Sequence record: NC_041878.1 | DNA length: 64,000 nucleotides | Strand: one strand, 5' to 3' | Part shown: in pieces, positions 42,268 through 54,330 of the stretch | Layout: the number at the start of each line of letters is the position of its first letter | How positions within the stretch are numbered: the first letter of the stretch is position 1 | Program-made: the position numbers and the translations under genes | Notes under the pieces: model-generated | Databases searched by the model: none | What the model saw: only the letters and a program-made list of their open reading frames with translations | Told to the model about the DNA's origin: nothing

Positions 42268-43604
42268 GTATTACGCTTACGGACAAGCAACAATATATTT
42301 TTGACGATCTAATTGATAAAATTAACAACTTTCCTGGCAGAATTGAAGCAGTAATTGTTGGTAACGCTGGTACTGGTAAAAGTACCCTTGTTTCCAAAAT
42401 CATTGAAAGTATCTACCAGGGATATAACATTGCAGTAACTTCCCCAACTCATAAAGCAAACTCAGTACTGAGAAAAATGCTTTTGAATACCGGAGTAACC
42501 AAAGAAGATGCACTCATTAGTACTATTCACTCTTTTCTAGGATTAAAACTACAATATGAAAAGAACCGTCAAGTGCTAAAGCATGACCCACGTTCACCGA
42601 ATAGTACTGCTATGGTTGATGTACTATTTGTTGATGAGTGTAGTATGATTTCTGAAGAAATGTATACACACATTTTGAATCAGATTCACAGGGTTCGCCG
42701 TGCAGTAATCTTCATTGGTGATGATTGTCAGCTACCACCAGTTGAGGCTGAAGGTACAGCAGGTGAAACAAAACTAAGTCCTACATTCAACATTCGCTTG
42801 CAATACAAACTTGATGAAGTATTACGTCAAGCACTTGATAATCCAATTATCAATATTGCAACACAGATTCGTGAATGTATCGGTACTGGTCGTGATCCGA
42901 TGACTATTCTAAATGCGATTGATGGGTTTGAAACTATTACACCAATAGATGATGAAATGTTATTCTTGGATGTGTATAAAGAATACATCAACGAAAATCG
43001 CGGTTCAGCTAGAAAGATTTACGACTTCGTTCAGGAAAACAAAATCATTGCTTACACAAACTACCGTGTAAACTTTGCGAACATGTATATTCGTAATGAA
43101 GTATTCCATGAACATACTGAGGAAGAATTTATTCCAGGTGAACCAATCGTATTTGAAACTACCACTGAAAACTGTCCTTATACAGTACAGGAAATTATTC
43201 AATGTCCAGAAATACGTAAAGAATCATTCTTAGGAATAGATTGTTGGCAATTCAAACTACCGAACGGTAATTATCTATTAGGAGTTGGACCATATTCACG
43301 TATGAAGATGGATGAGTACTTGGAAGATCTAGTACTTAAAATTGAAAAGAAAGAAGAAAACCCTTTGACGAAAAAGCCTTATATGTGGCAAGATTATTAT
43401 GTAATCAAGAATAAGATTAACGTAATTAATTATCCATATGCTACAACGGCTCACAAATCACAGGGAAGTACTTTTAATAACATTTGGTTCGATACGGACT
43501 TCATTGAGCGTATTCCGAACAACGATACTAAGTGCAGGATTCTTTACACTGCGTTAACTCGTCCTCGTTATAATGTTATGTTGCGTAAAAATGGTAGGTA
43601 CTAA
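42264..43604 (+). CDS. dda: SF1B DNA helicase (Dda/RecD-like)
   Basis: GNAGTGKST, SPTHKA, STIHS, VDECSM, GDDCQLPPV, TAHKSQGST, YTALTR. Confidence 0.88.
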   Translation: MSITLTDKQQYIFDDLIDKINNFPGRIEAVIVGNAGTGKSTLVSKIIESIYQGYNIAVTSPTHKANSVLRKMLLNTGVTKEDALISTIHSFLGLKLQYEKNRQVLKHDPRSPNSTAMVDVLFVDECSMISEEMYTHILNQIHRVRRAVIFIGDDCQLPPVEAEGTAGETKLSPTFNIRLQYKLDEVLRQALDNPIINIATQIRECIGTGRDPMTILNAIDGFETITPIDDEMLFLDVYKEYINENRGSARKIYDFVQENKIIAYTNYRVNFANMYIRNEVFHEHTEEEFIPGEPIVFETTTENCPYTVQEIIQCPEIRKESFLGIDCWQFKLPNGNYLLGVGPYSRMKMDEYLEDLVLKIEKKEENPLTKKPYMWQDYYVIKNKINVINYPYATTAHKSQGSTFNNIWFDTDFIERIPNNDTKCRILYTALTRPRYNVMLRKNGRY

Positions 43605-43635
43605 GAGAGTCATCGACGCTCAAATAAATACGGAT

Positions 43636-43643
43636 TATAAATA
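43636..43643 (+). promoter_or_regulatory. Putative late promoter TATAAATA
   Basis: Exact T4 late consensus 28 nt upstream of 43672. Confidence 0.6.
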
Positions 43644-43671
43644 ATAGAAAGTTCTGTTTATGGAGAATATA

Positions 43672-44217
43672 ATGAACAATTTATTTAACGCATTTAGTAT
43701 TAAAGTTCCTGGTCAAGTTCTTGACAACAAGAAATTTTTCGAGTACTCTGACTACGACAACACAAGCATCACTACACCAACTGATGCACAGACCTTGACA
43801 AAAGCTAAGGCTTATGTTAGACTTAAACACATTGAACGTAAACTAAGTGAACTTTCTGTTCCAGTATACTTTACAATCAACTTCGCAACACCTGGTACTG
43901 CTTCTGCTGTTCCTACTGATGCTGAACTTGTTGTTGGTTACATTAGTGTTGAACCGTTCCTAAGTACTCTCACTGATGCTCCTGATGAAGCTGACCGTTT
44001 CACTGCTGCTGCTTCCGTTATTAAAGGAATTATTGACGAAGCTCTAGCTGCTGAAATTGAATCTGAATTCTTTGAAGTACAAAAAACTTACACCCGTTCA
44101 CAATTCCCAGGTTCTTCTGAAACTGATACATATCGTGAACTTGAAACCGTATATGTAACTGTACCTGCTGAATCAGCAACAAGTACTGTTGTTTATATTG
44201 AAATCAAAGCTGCTTAA
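43672..44217 (+). CDS. Probable late structural protein
   Basis: Late promoter, GGAG RBS, Ala/Thr/Glu-rich, highly biased codons. Confidence 0.55.
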   Translation: MNNLFNAFSIKVPGQVLDNKKFFEYSDYDNTSITTPTDAQTLTKAKAYVRLKHIERKLSELSVPVYFTINFATPGTASAVPTDAELVVGYISVEPFLSTLTDAPDEADRFTAAASVIKGIIDEALAAEIESEFFEVQKTYTRSQFPGSSETDTYRELETVYVTVPAESATSTVVYIEIKAA

Positions 44218-44235
44218 AATTAAAATGGAGTTTAA

Positions 44236-44430
44236 ATGGACAGCAAAACTTTTTATGATCGAATTCTAGAAGATGTTTCCACGTTTGATAGAATCATATT
44301 TGACTTAGAGAAAATGTCGCAAGAGGCTCCAAATGCCCGTATTCGCACGGTATCTGATACAGCTATTGCGAATCTAAAATTTGCACAAGAAATATGCAAA
44401 GCATTAAAAGACGCTGATTCAAGCAAGTAA
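44236..44430 (+). CDS. Small hypothetical protein
   Basis: 64 aa helical ORF, GGAG RBS. Confidence 0.6.
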   Translation: MDSKTFYDRILEDVSTFDRIIFDLEKMSQEAPNARIRTVSDTAIANLKFAQEICKALKDADSSK

Positions 44431-44433
44431 TGC

Positions 44434-44461
44434 TTGACAGCTATAAATTAAATGTTATAAT
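44434..44461 (+). promoter_or_regulatory. Consensus sigma70 (putative early) promoter
   Basis: TTGACA-16bp-TATAAT with TGT extension, upstream of the IF-3 gene. Confidence 0.8.
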
Positions 44462-44503
44462 CGTTTGAAAACTGAAAAACCCTTTTGGAGTTATAAAAAC
44501 TAT

Positions 44504-45010
44504 ATGAAATCTGTTATTGCCAATGAAAAAATTACTGCGAAGAACGTTCGTGTAGTTGAAGAAGGTTCTAGTCAAGTAATGGCAATTGCTGCCGCATTAA
44601 ATCTTGCGTACAGTAAAGAAATGGATCTTATTCAAGTATCGGATCAAGAAATCCCTGTTGTAAAAATCATGGATTTAAGTAAGTACTTGTATGAGCAAAA
44701 ACAAGCTGAAAAATCTAATAAGAAGAAACAGCGTGAAACTGCCGTTCAGTTAAAAGAAGTACAGATTGCTTATAATACACAAGAGAATGATCTTGGTACT
44801 AAAGCGAAGGCTGCACAGAAATTTATTACTGAAGGTAAACATGTACGCATTGTTATGAAAATGCAAGGTCGTGCACATTCAAATCCAACTGTTATCAAAA
44901 CCAATACTGAAAGTATGGTAGCATTCGTTGCTCGTTTAACGGATACGGATTTCGTACAGAACATTGCAGTACAGGGTAACAACATTACCTGCACAGTAAA
45001 GTCAAAGTAA
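44504..45010 (+). CDS. infC: Translation initiation factor IF-3 homologue
   Basis: IANEKITAKNVRVV, MDLIQVS..PVVKIMDLSKYLYEQK..KKKQ, LKEVQI, KFITEGKHVRI..QGR; start ATG 44504 preferred over TTG 44465. Confidence 0.9.
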   Translation: MKSVIANEKITAKNVRVVEEGSSQVMAIAAALNLAYSKEMDLIQVSDQEIPVVKIMDLSKYLYEQKQAEKSNKKKQRETAVQLKEVQIAYNTQENDLGTKAKAAQKFITEGKHVRIVMKMQGRAHSNPTVIKTNTESMVAFVARLTDTDFVQNIAVQGNNITCTVKSK

Positions 45011-45070
45011 GTATAAAAAGGGTGCTAAATACTTTTTTAGCATCCCGACAAAATAAACTGGAGTATTATT

Positions 45071-45604
45071 ATGAAGAATATTGTGCGTGAAGTATTTTCC
45101 CTACCTGCTATGGATGTGGTAAAGGCTTCTTACAAAGACTCAGTATATTACATTGCTGGTTCAAGTGATATTACTGAATACGTTTCAACTATCAAAAACT
45201 CTTTTGACATTAATGAACTCGAAGCAATCAAACATGGTTTGAATGCATTCTTGAAGGACAATCCAAAAAATAATACTTTGGCTGTTCCGATGTTCAATGT
45301 TGTAATTGTTGATAGTCCAAAAACTAATACTGACTATATCATCAATATTGTGAATGATATTTTCCGTAAGGATATTGACCAAGCACACGAAATTGTGGAT
45401 ACCATTCATTATAATGGTTCAGCAGTCGTCGGCACATATACTTACGAAATTGCTCATACCTTTGCGTGTATGGTAGAAACTGCTAACATGCAAATGGAAC
45501 AGGAACTTGAAACTGATATTATTCCTGTTTATACTTCTAACTCTATGGATAGTCTCGAAGTACTTGAGAAACTAATCCGTCGCGATTTCCCTGAAGACAT
45601 TTAA
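45071..45604 (+). CDS. clpS: ClpS-like adaptor with N-terminal extension
   Basis: MFNVVIVDSPKTNTDYIINIVNDIF..QAHEIVDTIHYNGSAVVGTYTYEIA parallels the ClpS core YKVILVNDDYTP...AVHYQGKAICGVFTAEVA. Confidence 0.72.
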   Translation: MKNIVREVFSLPAMDVVKASYKDSVYYIAGSSDITEYVSTIKNSFDINELEAIKHGLNAFLKDNPKNNTLAVPMFNVVIVDSPKTNTDYIINIVNDIFRKDIDQAHEIVDTIHYNGSAVVGTYTYEIAHTFACMVETANMQMEQELETDIIPVYTSNSMDSLEVLEKLIRRDFPEDI

Positions 45605-45628
45605 ATTTTTAAACTCCAAAGTTATAGA

Positions 45629-45636
45629 GATAAATA
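45629..45636 (+). promoter_or_regulatory. Putative late promoter GATAAATA in the loop of a 13-bp inverted repeat
   Basis: Arms AAACTCCAAAGTT 45611-45623 and AACTTTGGAGTTT 45646-45658; right arm contains the GGAG RBS of the next gene. Confidence 0.55.
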
Positions 45637-45647
45637 CTCAAAATTAA

Positions 45648-47798
<2,151 letters not shown>

Positions 47799-47799
<1 letters not shown>

Positions 47800-50342
47800 T
47801 GCCAAGTAAATCAAAGGCACAAGCACACTTAATGGCAGCGGCAGCACACAATCCAGAGATTGCAAAAGATGCAGGTGTTCCACAAGGTGTTGCACATGAT
47901 TTTAATCAAGCTGATAAAAAAGAAGGAACCTTGAAAAAAGGTTCCGATGTTCCAGAACATGTTAACGAGGAAGTACTTGATGAAGCTAGTGGTGTAGGTA
48001 TTTTAAAAGTACCACCAACATTACTAAAACAATTTCAGCGTATTGTTTGTTCCATACTTCTAACAATGGGAGTTATGCGTCAAAATGAATTATCTGAAAC
48101 TGGTTATGATGAACAGGCTAAGGCGTTAAACACGTTCCTAAAACGTTATCAAAACAAATATAATGCATCAGTACTATCACAACCTGCACTAAAGAAATAT
48201 ATTAATAGTATTAGTACTGTTAAAGTAGATACTGATACTGTCTTTAATGAACTACCGCAAAGTCTTCAGAAGCGGGAAGGGGTAAAAGATTCATTAGCAA
48301 ATTTAAAATTACGTATTTTATTAAGTAATCAGGTTTCTGGTATATATGGAAGCAGTCAAGACAATCACTCTGGTAGCTTGAACATTCAAACAATTGCAAT
48401 TCCATCATATTACCATGATTTCAAAAATAGAACCGTTGAAGAAATTGCAAATACAATGTCTCGTGTACCAGGAACGGTAGAACATGAATTACAACATGCA
48501 ATGCAAAATGCAGTACTTGGTCGTTTGAACAAACATGATAAGCAAGTTGAAATGAAACCTGGTTATACAGATCATGGCGATGCATATTATGCAAGTGGTG
48601 TTGAGTTTGGTACACAAGTAAACGATTTAGCAAACTATGCTAAAAATTGGCTTAACCAAAATCCTGATGAAATCACTGGTTCCAAAACAAAAGATATAAG
48701 CAATGCTATTAAGTATGCTTTATCTACATATAAAGGAACTATAATCCAAGCATTAAGAAAGTACAAACACGATGACCGAGCTAATAAAGCTATGAAGTTA
48801 ATTTATCGTGAAGTTAGTAATTTCTACGAGAATGAATTTGCTGATCAAAGTGACAGCGGTGAGTTGGATAGAACTGAGAAAGATGATTTCGAAGATACTG
48901 AAAACAACGCAAGAATGTTGGAATATCCTGAAGCTGGTGATTCACTATTAGGTGATTTGTGGCTATCTATAAACCGATACTACGGTGAGGAACCAAGAAT
49001 TATGGGATATTATGATGATATTAAAGAACTTATTTTCAAACGTGATTATGGTGAAATTATTTTCGAACCAGCTTCTAATGGTGGTGCTCATATGTATGTT
49101 CGAGTACCTGGAAATAAAGAGAAATCATTCCATATAGAATTAAGACCCGAAGATCTAAAGGGGATAATTCCAGATGTGGCATATTTTACTAACCTACAAA
49201 CAATACATAAACTTAAAGATAAAATTGAACAAAACCAAATCCCTAACGTAAATTTAGAAAGTGCATATTACGATCTTAATGATGTAATAGAAATGGAAGA
49301 AATGTTCAATTCTGATTCTAATAAAAAAGTTTCTACACAGTACGATGATGAAGATGGGAATGTATGGGTATCGTTTAATGGTGCTCGTGACCATATGTAT
49401 ATTCAGGAAGGTGGTAAAGATTATTTTGTTGGATACGGTGATGAAATGTCTCGCTGTAAACAAAAAGATTTCAAGAAGTGTTTTGAGAAGCTAATTAGTT
49501 TCTATTTCAGTGCCGATACGACAGCCAAAATGATAAACAAGATGTTGAAACACATCACACAAGATCAGTTTACAGTTGAATCTATCGAACAATATATTGA
49601 TTACTTACATGAATTATATTCTTCAAAAAATGAAGAACCCGTTGAGGAATCAAGTATGCGTAGTTTAGCCGATATTGTTCAGAATGCAGAACTTGAGCAT
49701 GATATTGATGATGCGAATGATCAAGAACTTATTAACAAAGGTGTACTTGACGAAGATACTGATGAACAAGAATATGTTCTTCAAGGTAAACCAGTTGAAC
49801 CAGGTCAAACTTCTGCTCCTGTAAATGCAGGAACAAGTACTGAGAGATTATCTGAAATGCCTCTAAAATATGATTCATTTATGGGTATGGACCCACAGAT
49901 ATATGTTGATAAGAGTGCACGTAAAAGTCCATATAAGAACATGAAACCAGTTAAAGATCATGGTGAATGGACAACTTATAGAGGACCAGATGGATATATG
50001 GCTTATGACAATGATACTGGTGAAGCAATTGCCGCTATCGAAGGTCATGAACATCACGGATGGTTTAACGTTGATGTAACTGCATCTAGTCGTAATGTCA
50101 AAGGTGTAGTATATCAAATGTTTATGGATATTGTAAAAATCGAAGGTACGCCAATCCTAAGCGGAAGGTTACAGTCGGATGACGCAATTAAATTCTGGAA
50201 ACGATTAATTCAATCACACAAAGTATTCGTTGTTGCTAATGATGAAGTACTACAACAGGCTACACCAGAAAAGTTCCACAAGTACTGGAGTGATGAAGAA
50301 GGTTCTCCACAATCGCAGTTCCAATTCTTACTAGTCAAATAA
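47799..50342 (+). CDS. Multidomain protein: short N-terminal module, HExxH domain, GNAT-like C-terminal domain
   Basis: MPSKSKAQAHLMAAAAHNP; GILKVPPTLL, EHELQHAMQ, YYASGVEF; C-terminal KGVVYQMF...ILSGRLQSDDAIKFWKRL. Confidence 0.6.
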
Positions 50343-50351
50343 GGCAAATTA

Positions 50352-50717
50352 ATGATAAGCACAATATTTTTTCTACTAATTTTATTTCAAATTAAACATT
50401 TCGTTTGTGATTACCCACTTCAAGGGCGTTACATGTTAGGCAAATTCAAAGAAGAAGGATGGGAACTTCCTTTAGCTGCACATGCTGGTGTTCACTTTAT
50501 TGGAACATTCTTGATTGCAGTATTCTTCGGATTCTGGCTTGCTATTGGTGTAGCACTACTTGACGCAGTTATTCACTTCGTTGTAGATAAAGTAAAAGTT
50601 GAAGCTTCTCGTTCTACTAATCATAGTGAAGCGAAATTCTGGTGGTACTTAGGTTTAGACCAAATGGCACACCACGTTACACATTACGCAATTATTGCAC
50701 TATTAGTTCTACTATAA
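50352..50717 (+). CDS. DUF3307-like membrane protein
   Basis: KHFVCDYPLQ, HAGVH, HFVVD, DQMAHH His-rich TM motifs. Confidence 0.75.
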   Translation: MISTIFFLLILFQIKHFVCDYPLQGRYMLGKFKEEGWELPLAAHAGVHFIGTFLIAVFFGFWLAIGVALLDAVIHFVVDKVKVEASRSTNHSEAKFWWYLGLDQMAHHVTHYAIIALLVLL

Positions 50718-50721
50718 ATAC

Positions 50722-50752
50722 TAACGACGCTCCAGAGCGTCGTTATTTTTTT
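50722..50752 (+). terminator. Intrinsic terminator
   Basis: TAACGACGCTC-ca-GAGCGTCGTTA then T7. Confidence 0.75.
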
Positions 50753-50780
50753 GAAACAAAGAAACAAATTATGCTATAAT
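50752..50780 (+). promoter_or_regulatory. Putative middle-class promoter
   Basis: TGAAAC-17bp-TATAAT with TGC extension, upstream of the topoisomerase genes. Confidence 0.75.
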
Positions 50781-50812
50781 GTATTGGCTAAGAAACAATA
50801 AAGGGAATTAAA

Positions 50813-52786
50813 ATGGCAAAGGAAAAGAAAAGTTCTGTTCTCGCTGAACATGGTGTTCAACAACTAACTGAATATCAACATGCTCGTATCCGTACTGAAA
50901 TGTATTTGGGTTCGAAATCAGAACATGAACAACCAGTTCTTCTATTTGGAGAAGATGGTTACAACGTGCAAAACTTAGGTTGGGTTCCTGCTCTATTAAC
51001 ATCTTTCCGCGAAATCGTGGATAACTCATTAGACGAATTCGTAAAAGCTGGCACTCGTGATCCAGTACTACGTGTTATGTACAATGAAGATGAACTTGAA
51101 TTCGAAATTAGCGACAACGGTCGTGGTATTCCAATTGACTACGTACCAGAAACACAGAAACATTTGTGTACTATGGTATTGACCGAAATGAAAACAGGTC
51201 GTAACTTTAATGACAGCGAACGTAATAACGTTGTTGGTATGAACGGTCTAGGCGGTTCAGTAGTTATGATCGTAAGCGAAAAAGCTGAATTAGAAATTCA
51301 CAGAACAGGTAAACCATACAAAACAGATAAAGCTAACGCTGAATATGATGGTATGTATAAATTCACTCAGAAGTTCACTGAAGGAACTACCATGTTCCCT
51401 GAACTCGGAATTGAAGAACCAAGTATTCGTAAAGTTAAATCTGATAAAACTGGTACAACTGTACGCTTCAAGATTAGTAAGTCTGTGTTCCATACACATA
51501 CTCTACCATTCGAACTAGTGTATAGCATCCTAAAAGAGATTGCCGCTGCTAACCCAACGTACAAAATCTTTTTGAATGACCAACGTATCACCGTGAATAA
51601 GAAAGGTTTATTCGCAACATCTAAAAACACAATGACTCTTAAAGTAGAAGATAGTGAGATCGGACTTGACAGTACTTTCTATATCGTACCTAATGTAGTC
51701 AGTGGGTTAAACAAAAACATTCACATGCAAGGTCTTGTGAATAACGCACCATCTCTTGAAGGTGGTACACACTTAGATACTTTCCAGCAAAAGTTTGCAC
51801 TTGGTGTTATCAGTGCATTGGAACGTATACCTAAGAACCGTAAACGCAATCTAAAACCTAACCGTTCTGATGTTGAAGAAGGTTTGTTGATTTATAACGT
51901 CACTAAGATGAATACACCAACATTCAACTCTCAAATCAAAACAAAGTTAACTAATGAGAATGTCATTAAACCAGTACAGAATGCACTAAGTGAAGAATTC
52001 TTTAACGACCTAGTTAAGAAAAATACTGAGTGGGTTGAAGAAATCTATGCTCGTTGTGCTGAACGTACTAACAAGAAAGATGCAGACGAAGATCGTAAAA
52101 TGGCAAAACGCCTCCTAAAAGGTAAAGTAGCTAAACTACGTGATGCAAACGGTTCAAACCGTATGGACTGTATTCTTCTAATTGCAGAAGGTGATTCTGC
52201 TGTAAGTTCAATGACTGCTGCTCGTAACTCTGCTATTCATGGTATTCTACCGCTTCGTGGTAAAATTATGAACGTGAATGGTAAGGAAAAAACTAAAGAT
52301 CTAATGGCATCTGATGCACTACACGATATTATGGCTTCGCTAAATATTGTTCCTGGTGAGAAAGCTATCCGTGAAAATATGAACTACGGTAAACTTTATA
52401 TCTGTGCTGACGAAGATGAGGATGGAAAAAACATCGGTGCTCTAGTTGTAAACTTCCTATACAAATTCTGGCCTGAGCTATTTGAAGACAAAGACAATCC
52501 GTTTGTTTATGTATTCAAAACTCCATTTATTATTTTGGAGAAAGGTAAAGAGTCTAAGTACTTCTATGGTCATAACGTCCATGAGTACAATCCAGAAGAA
52601 TGGAAAGGATGGAAAGCAACTCGTGCGAAAGGTCTTGGTACTCTAGAAGTTTCAAACTTCCGTGATGCACTATCCAATGGCGTTGCCGTTGCGATTGTTG
52701 ATGATGGGAATCTAAGGGAAACTTTAGACCTAATCTTTAACAAAGAACGTGCAGATGATCGTAAAGAGTGGACACGAGAAGACTAA
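50813..52786 (+). CDS. Type II topoisomerase ATPase/TOPRIM subunit (GyrB-like; gp39+gp60 equivalent)
   Basis: EIVDNSLDE, DNGRGIP, GMNGLGG, AEGDSA, PLRGK, DEDEDG, KGLG. Confidence 0.95.
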   Translation: MAKEKKSSVLAEHGVQQLTEYQHARIRTEMYLGSKSEHEQPVLLFGEDGYNVQNLGWVPALLTSFREIVDNSLDEFVKAGTRDPVLRVMYNEDELEFEISDNGRGIPIDYVPETQKHLCTMVLTEMKTGRNFNDSERNNVVGMNGLGGSVVMIVSEKAELEIHRTGKPYKTDKANAEYDGMYKFTQKFTEGTTMFPELGIEEPSIRKVKSDKTGTTVRFKISKSVFHTHTLPFELVYSILKEIAAANPTYKIFLNDQRITVNKKGLFATSKNTMTLKVEDSEIGLDSTFYIVPNVVSGLNKNIHMQGLVNNAPSLEGGTHLDTFQQKFALGVISALERIPKNRKRNLKPNRSDVEEGLLIYNVTKMNTPTFNSQIKTKLTNENVIKPVQNALSEEFFNDLVKKNTEWVEEIYARCAERTNKKDADEDRKMAKRLLKGKVAKLRDANGSNRMDCILLIAEGDSAVSSMTAARNSAIHGILPLRGKIMNVNGKEKTKDLMASDALHDIMASLNIVPGEKAIRENMNYGKLYICADEDEDGKNIGALVVNFLYKFWPELFEDKDNPFVYVFKTPFIILEKGKESKYFYGHNVHEYNPEEWKGWKATRAKGLGTLEVSNFRDALSNGVAVAIVDDGNLRETLDLIFNKERADDRKEWTRED

Positions 52787-52836
52787 TCATTAGTGGGGTA
52801 CAGGAAGTACCCCGAATTAACAAAGAGGCAAACGGA

Positions 52837-54243
52837 ATGCGTAAAACTAAACAAGCAAAAGAAATTGTTCCAAATGAACTAACACTACTGGACTATGAAA
52901 GTTCAGACTATATTAACCAATCATCTCTAGAGTACGCTTTAAGTACTTTTGACCGTTCTCTACCTGGGATAGATGGGTTTAAAAACTCTCAGCGTAAAGC
53001 TATCTTCACTCTAAGTAAAATTAGTGGAGAAATCAAAACTGTATCTTGTGCAGGTCGTATGATTAGCGATGGCATTTATCTTCATGGTGATGCATCAGCT
53101 AGTGGTACTCTACAAAACCTAGCAAGTCCAGTTGTGAATAACTACCCATTAATCGGTAAACGTGGTGGTTTTGGTACTCAAGTTAACCCAACACCAGCAA
53201 GTCCACGTTATACATATGTGAAGAAAACCAAAATCACTGAAGCATTAGTACTTCGTGATATTGATGTTGTTCCTATGCAAGAAAACTATGATGGTACTAC
53301 ATTAGAACCTAAGTTCTTCCTACCATTAATTCCTCTTGCTCTACTTGGTGTAGATGGTACAGCAACAGCGTATAAGAGCTTCATCTTCCCATATCGTATG
53401 AATGATATTATTGATAATACTATTCGTGCAATTGAAGGAAAGCCGCTTGAACCAATGATTCCGTACTATGCAAGTTATGGTGCGAATGATTACGTTGAAG
53501 ATCGTGGTGAAGGTAAGTACACATTTTTTGGTAAAGCTGAAGTTATTGATGCAAGTACTGTTCGAATTACTGGTCTAGCTCCACGTATGAAGTTAGAGAA
53601 GTTCGTAGAGGACTTGATTGAAATGGAAGATTCTGGTAAAATTCGTAGTTACGAAGATAATAGTTCTGGTAAAGTAGATATTACTATAAAACTACCACGT
53701 GGTCTTTCAGGTTCATGGTCAGAAATGGATGTACTTGAGTATTTTTCCATTTCAACAAAATTGGCACATACCCTTAATGTTTTAGGTGAAAACGGAAAAG
53801 TTAAAAGTTACAATGATGTTCTAGAGATTATCCAGGACTTCGTTCAGTTCCGATTCAAATACTACATCAAGCGTTATGAAAAACTTCTAGCAGATGCAGA
53901 CGCAGAAGTACGTTATAAGATTCTAGTCAAAGAATGCTTTGACAATGATATGATGGCTAAAATCAAATCATTCCAGAATCGTGCAGAAGTGGTTGATTTC
54001 GTCACAGCACTAAATGAAGAAATCGAAGCATCAGAAGATAATATTCAAAATATTGTGAATTTCCCAAGCTATCGTTGGACTCAAGAAAACTATGATAAAG
54101 TACTTCAAGATATTGAAGATGCTCTAGCTAAGATGGATGAGTATAATGATCTACTTGCAAATCACGACAAAATCTGGAATATCTATAAGCAAGAACTTAT
54201 AGAACTACGGGCAATGAATTTTGTTCCACCAGAAGATGACTAA
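52837..54243 (+). CDS. Type II topoisomerase breakage-reunion subunit (GyrA/gp52-like)
   Basis: DGFKNSQRK, YLHGDAS, ASPRYT with the active-site Tyr; start moved to ATG 52837 (GAGG 52825). Confidence 0.93.
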   Translation: MRKTKQAKEIVPNELTLLDYESSDYINQSSLEYALSTFDRSLPGIDGFKNSQRKAIFTLSKISGEIKTVSCAGRMISDGIYLHGDASASGTLQNLASPVVNNYPLIGKRGGFGTQVNPTPASPRYTYVKKTKITEALVLRDIDVVPMQENYDGTTLEPKFFLPLIPLALLGVDGTATAYKSFIFPYRMNDIIDNTIRAIEGKPLEPMIPYYASYGANDYVEDRGEGKYTFFGKAEVIDASTVRITGLAPRMKLEKFVEDLIEMEDSGKIRSYEDNSSGKVDITIKLPRGLSGSWSEMDVLEYFSISTKLAHTLNVLGENGKVKSYNDVLEIIQDFVQFRFKYYIKRYEKLLADADAEVRYKILVKECFDNDMMAKIKSFQNRAEVVDFVTALNEEIEASEDNIQNIVNFPSYRWTQENYDKVLQDIEDALAKMDEYNDLLANHDKIWNIYKQELIELRAMNFVPPEDD

Positions 54244-54248
54244 TTTAT

Positions 54249-54276
54249 AAGGACGCATAAAGCGTCCTTTATTTTT
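54249..54276 (+). terminator. Intrinsic terminator
   Basis: AAGGACGC-ataaa-GCGTCCTT then T-rich. Confidence 0.75.
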
Positions 54277-54290
54277 AATTAAGAACATAT

Positions 54291-54298
54291 CATAAATA
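54291..54298 (+). promoter_or_regulatory. Putative late promoter CATAAATA
   Basis: About 33 nt upstream of ATG 54331. Confidence 0.55.
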
Positions 54299-54330
54299 CG
54301 TCAAAGCTTTTTATGTTTTGGAGATTAGAT

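Noticed and set aside
50813-52786. T4 gene 60-style translational bypass or split 39/60
   Set aside because: The GyrB-like subunit is one continuous ORF containing both ATPase and TOPRIM motifs
52795-52813. GGGGTAC-aggaa-GTACCCC hairpin as a frameshift or recoding signal joining the topoisomerase subunits
   Set aside because: The first subunit ends at a normal TAA before the hairpin and the second has its own GAGG RBS and ATG; no slippery site is evident
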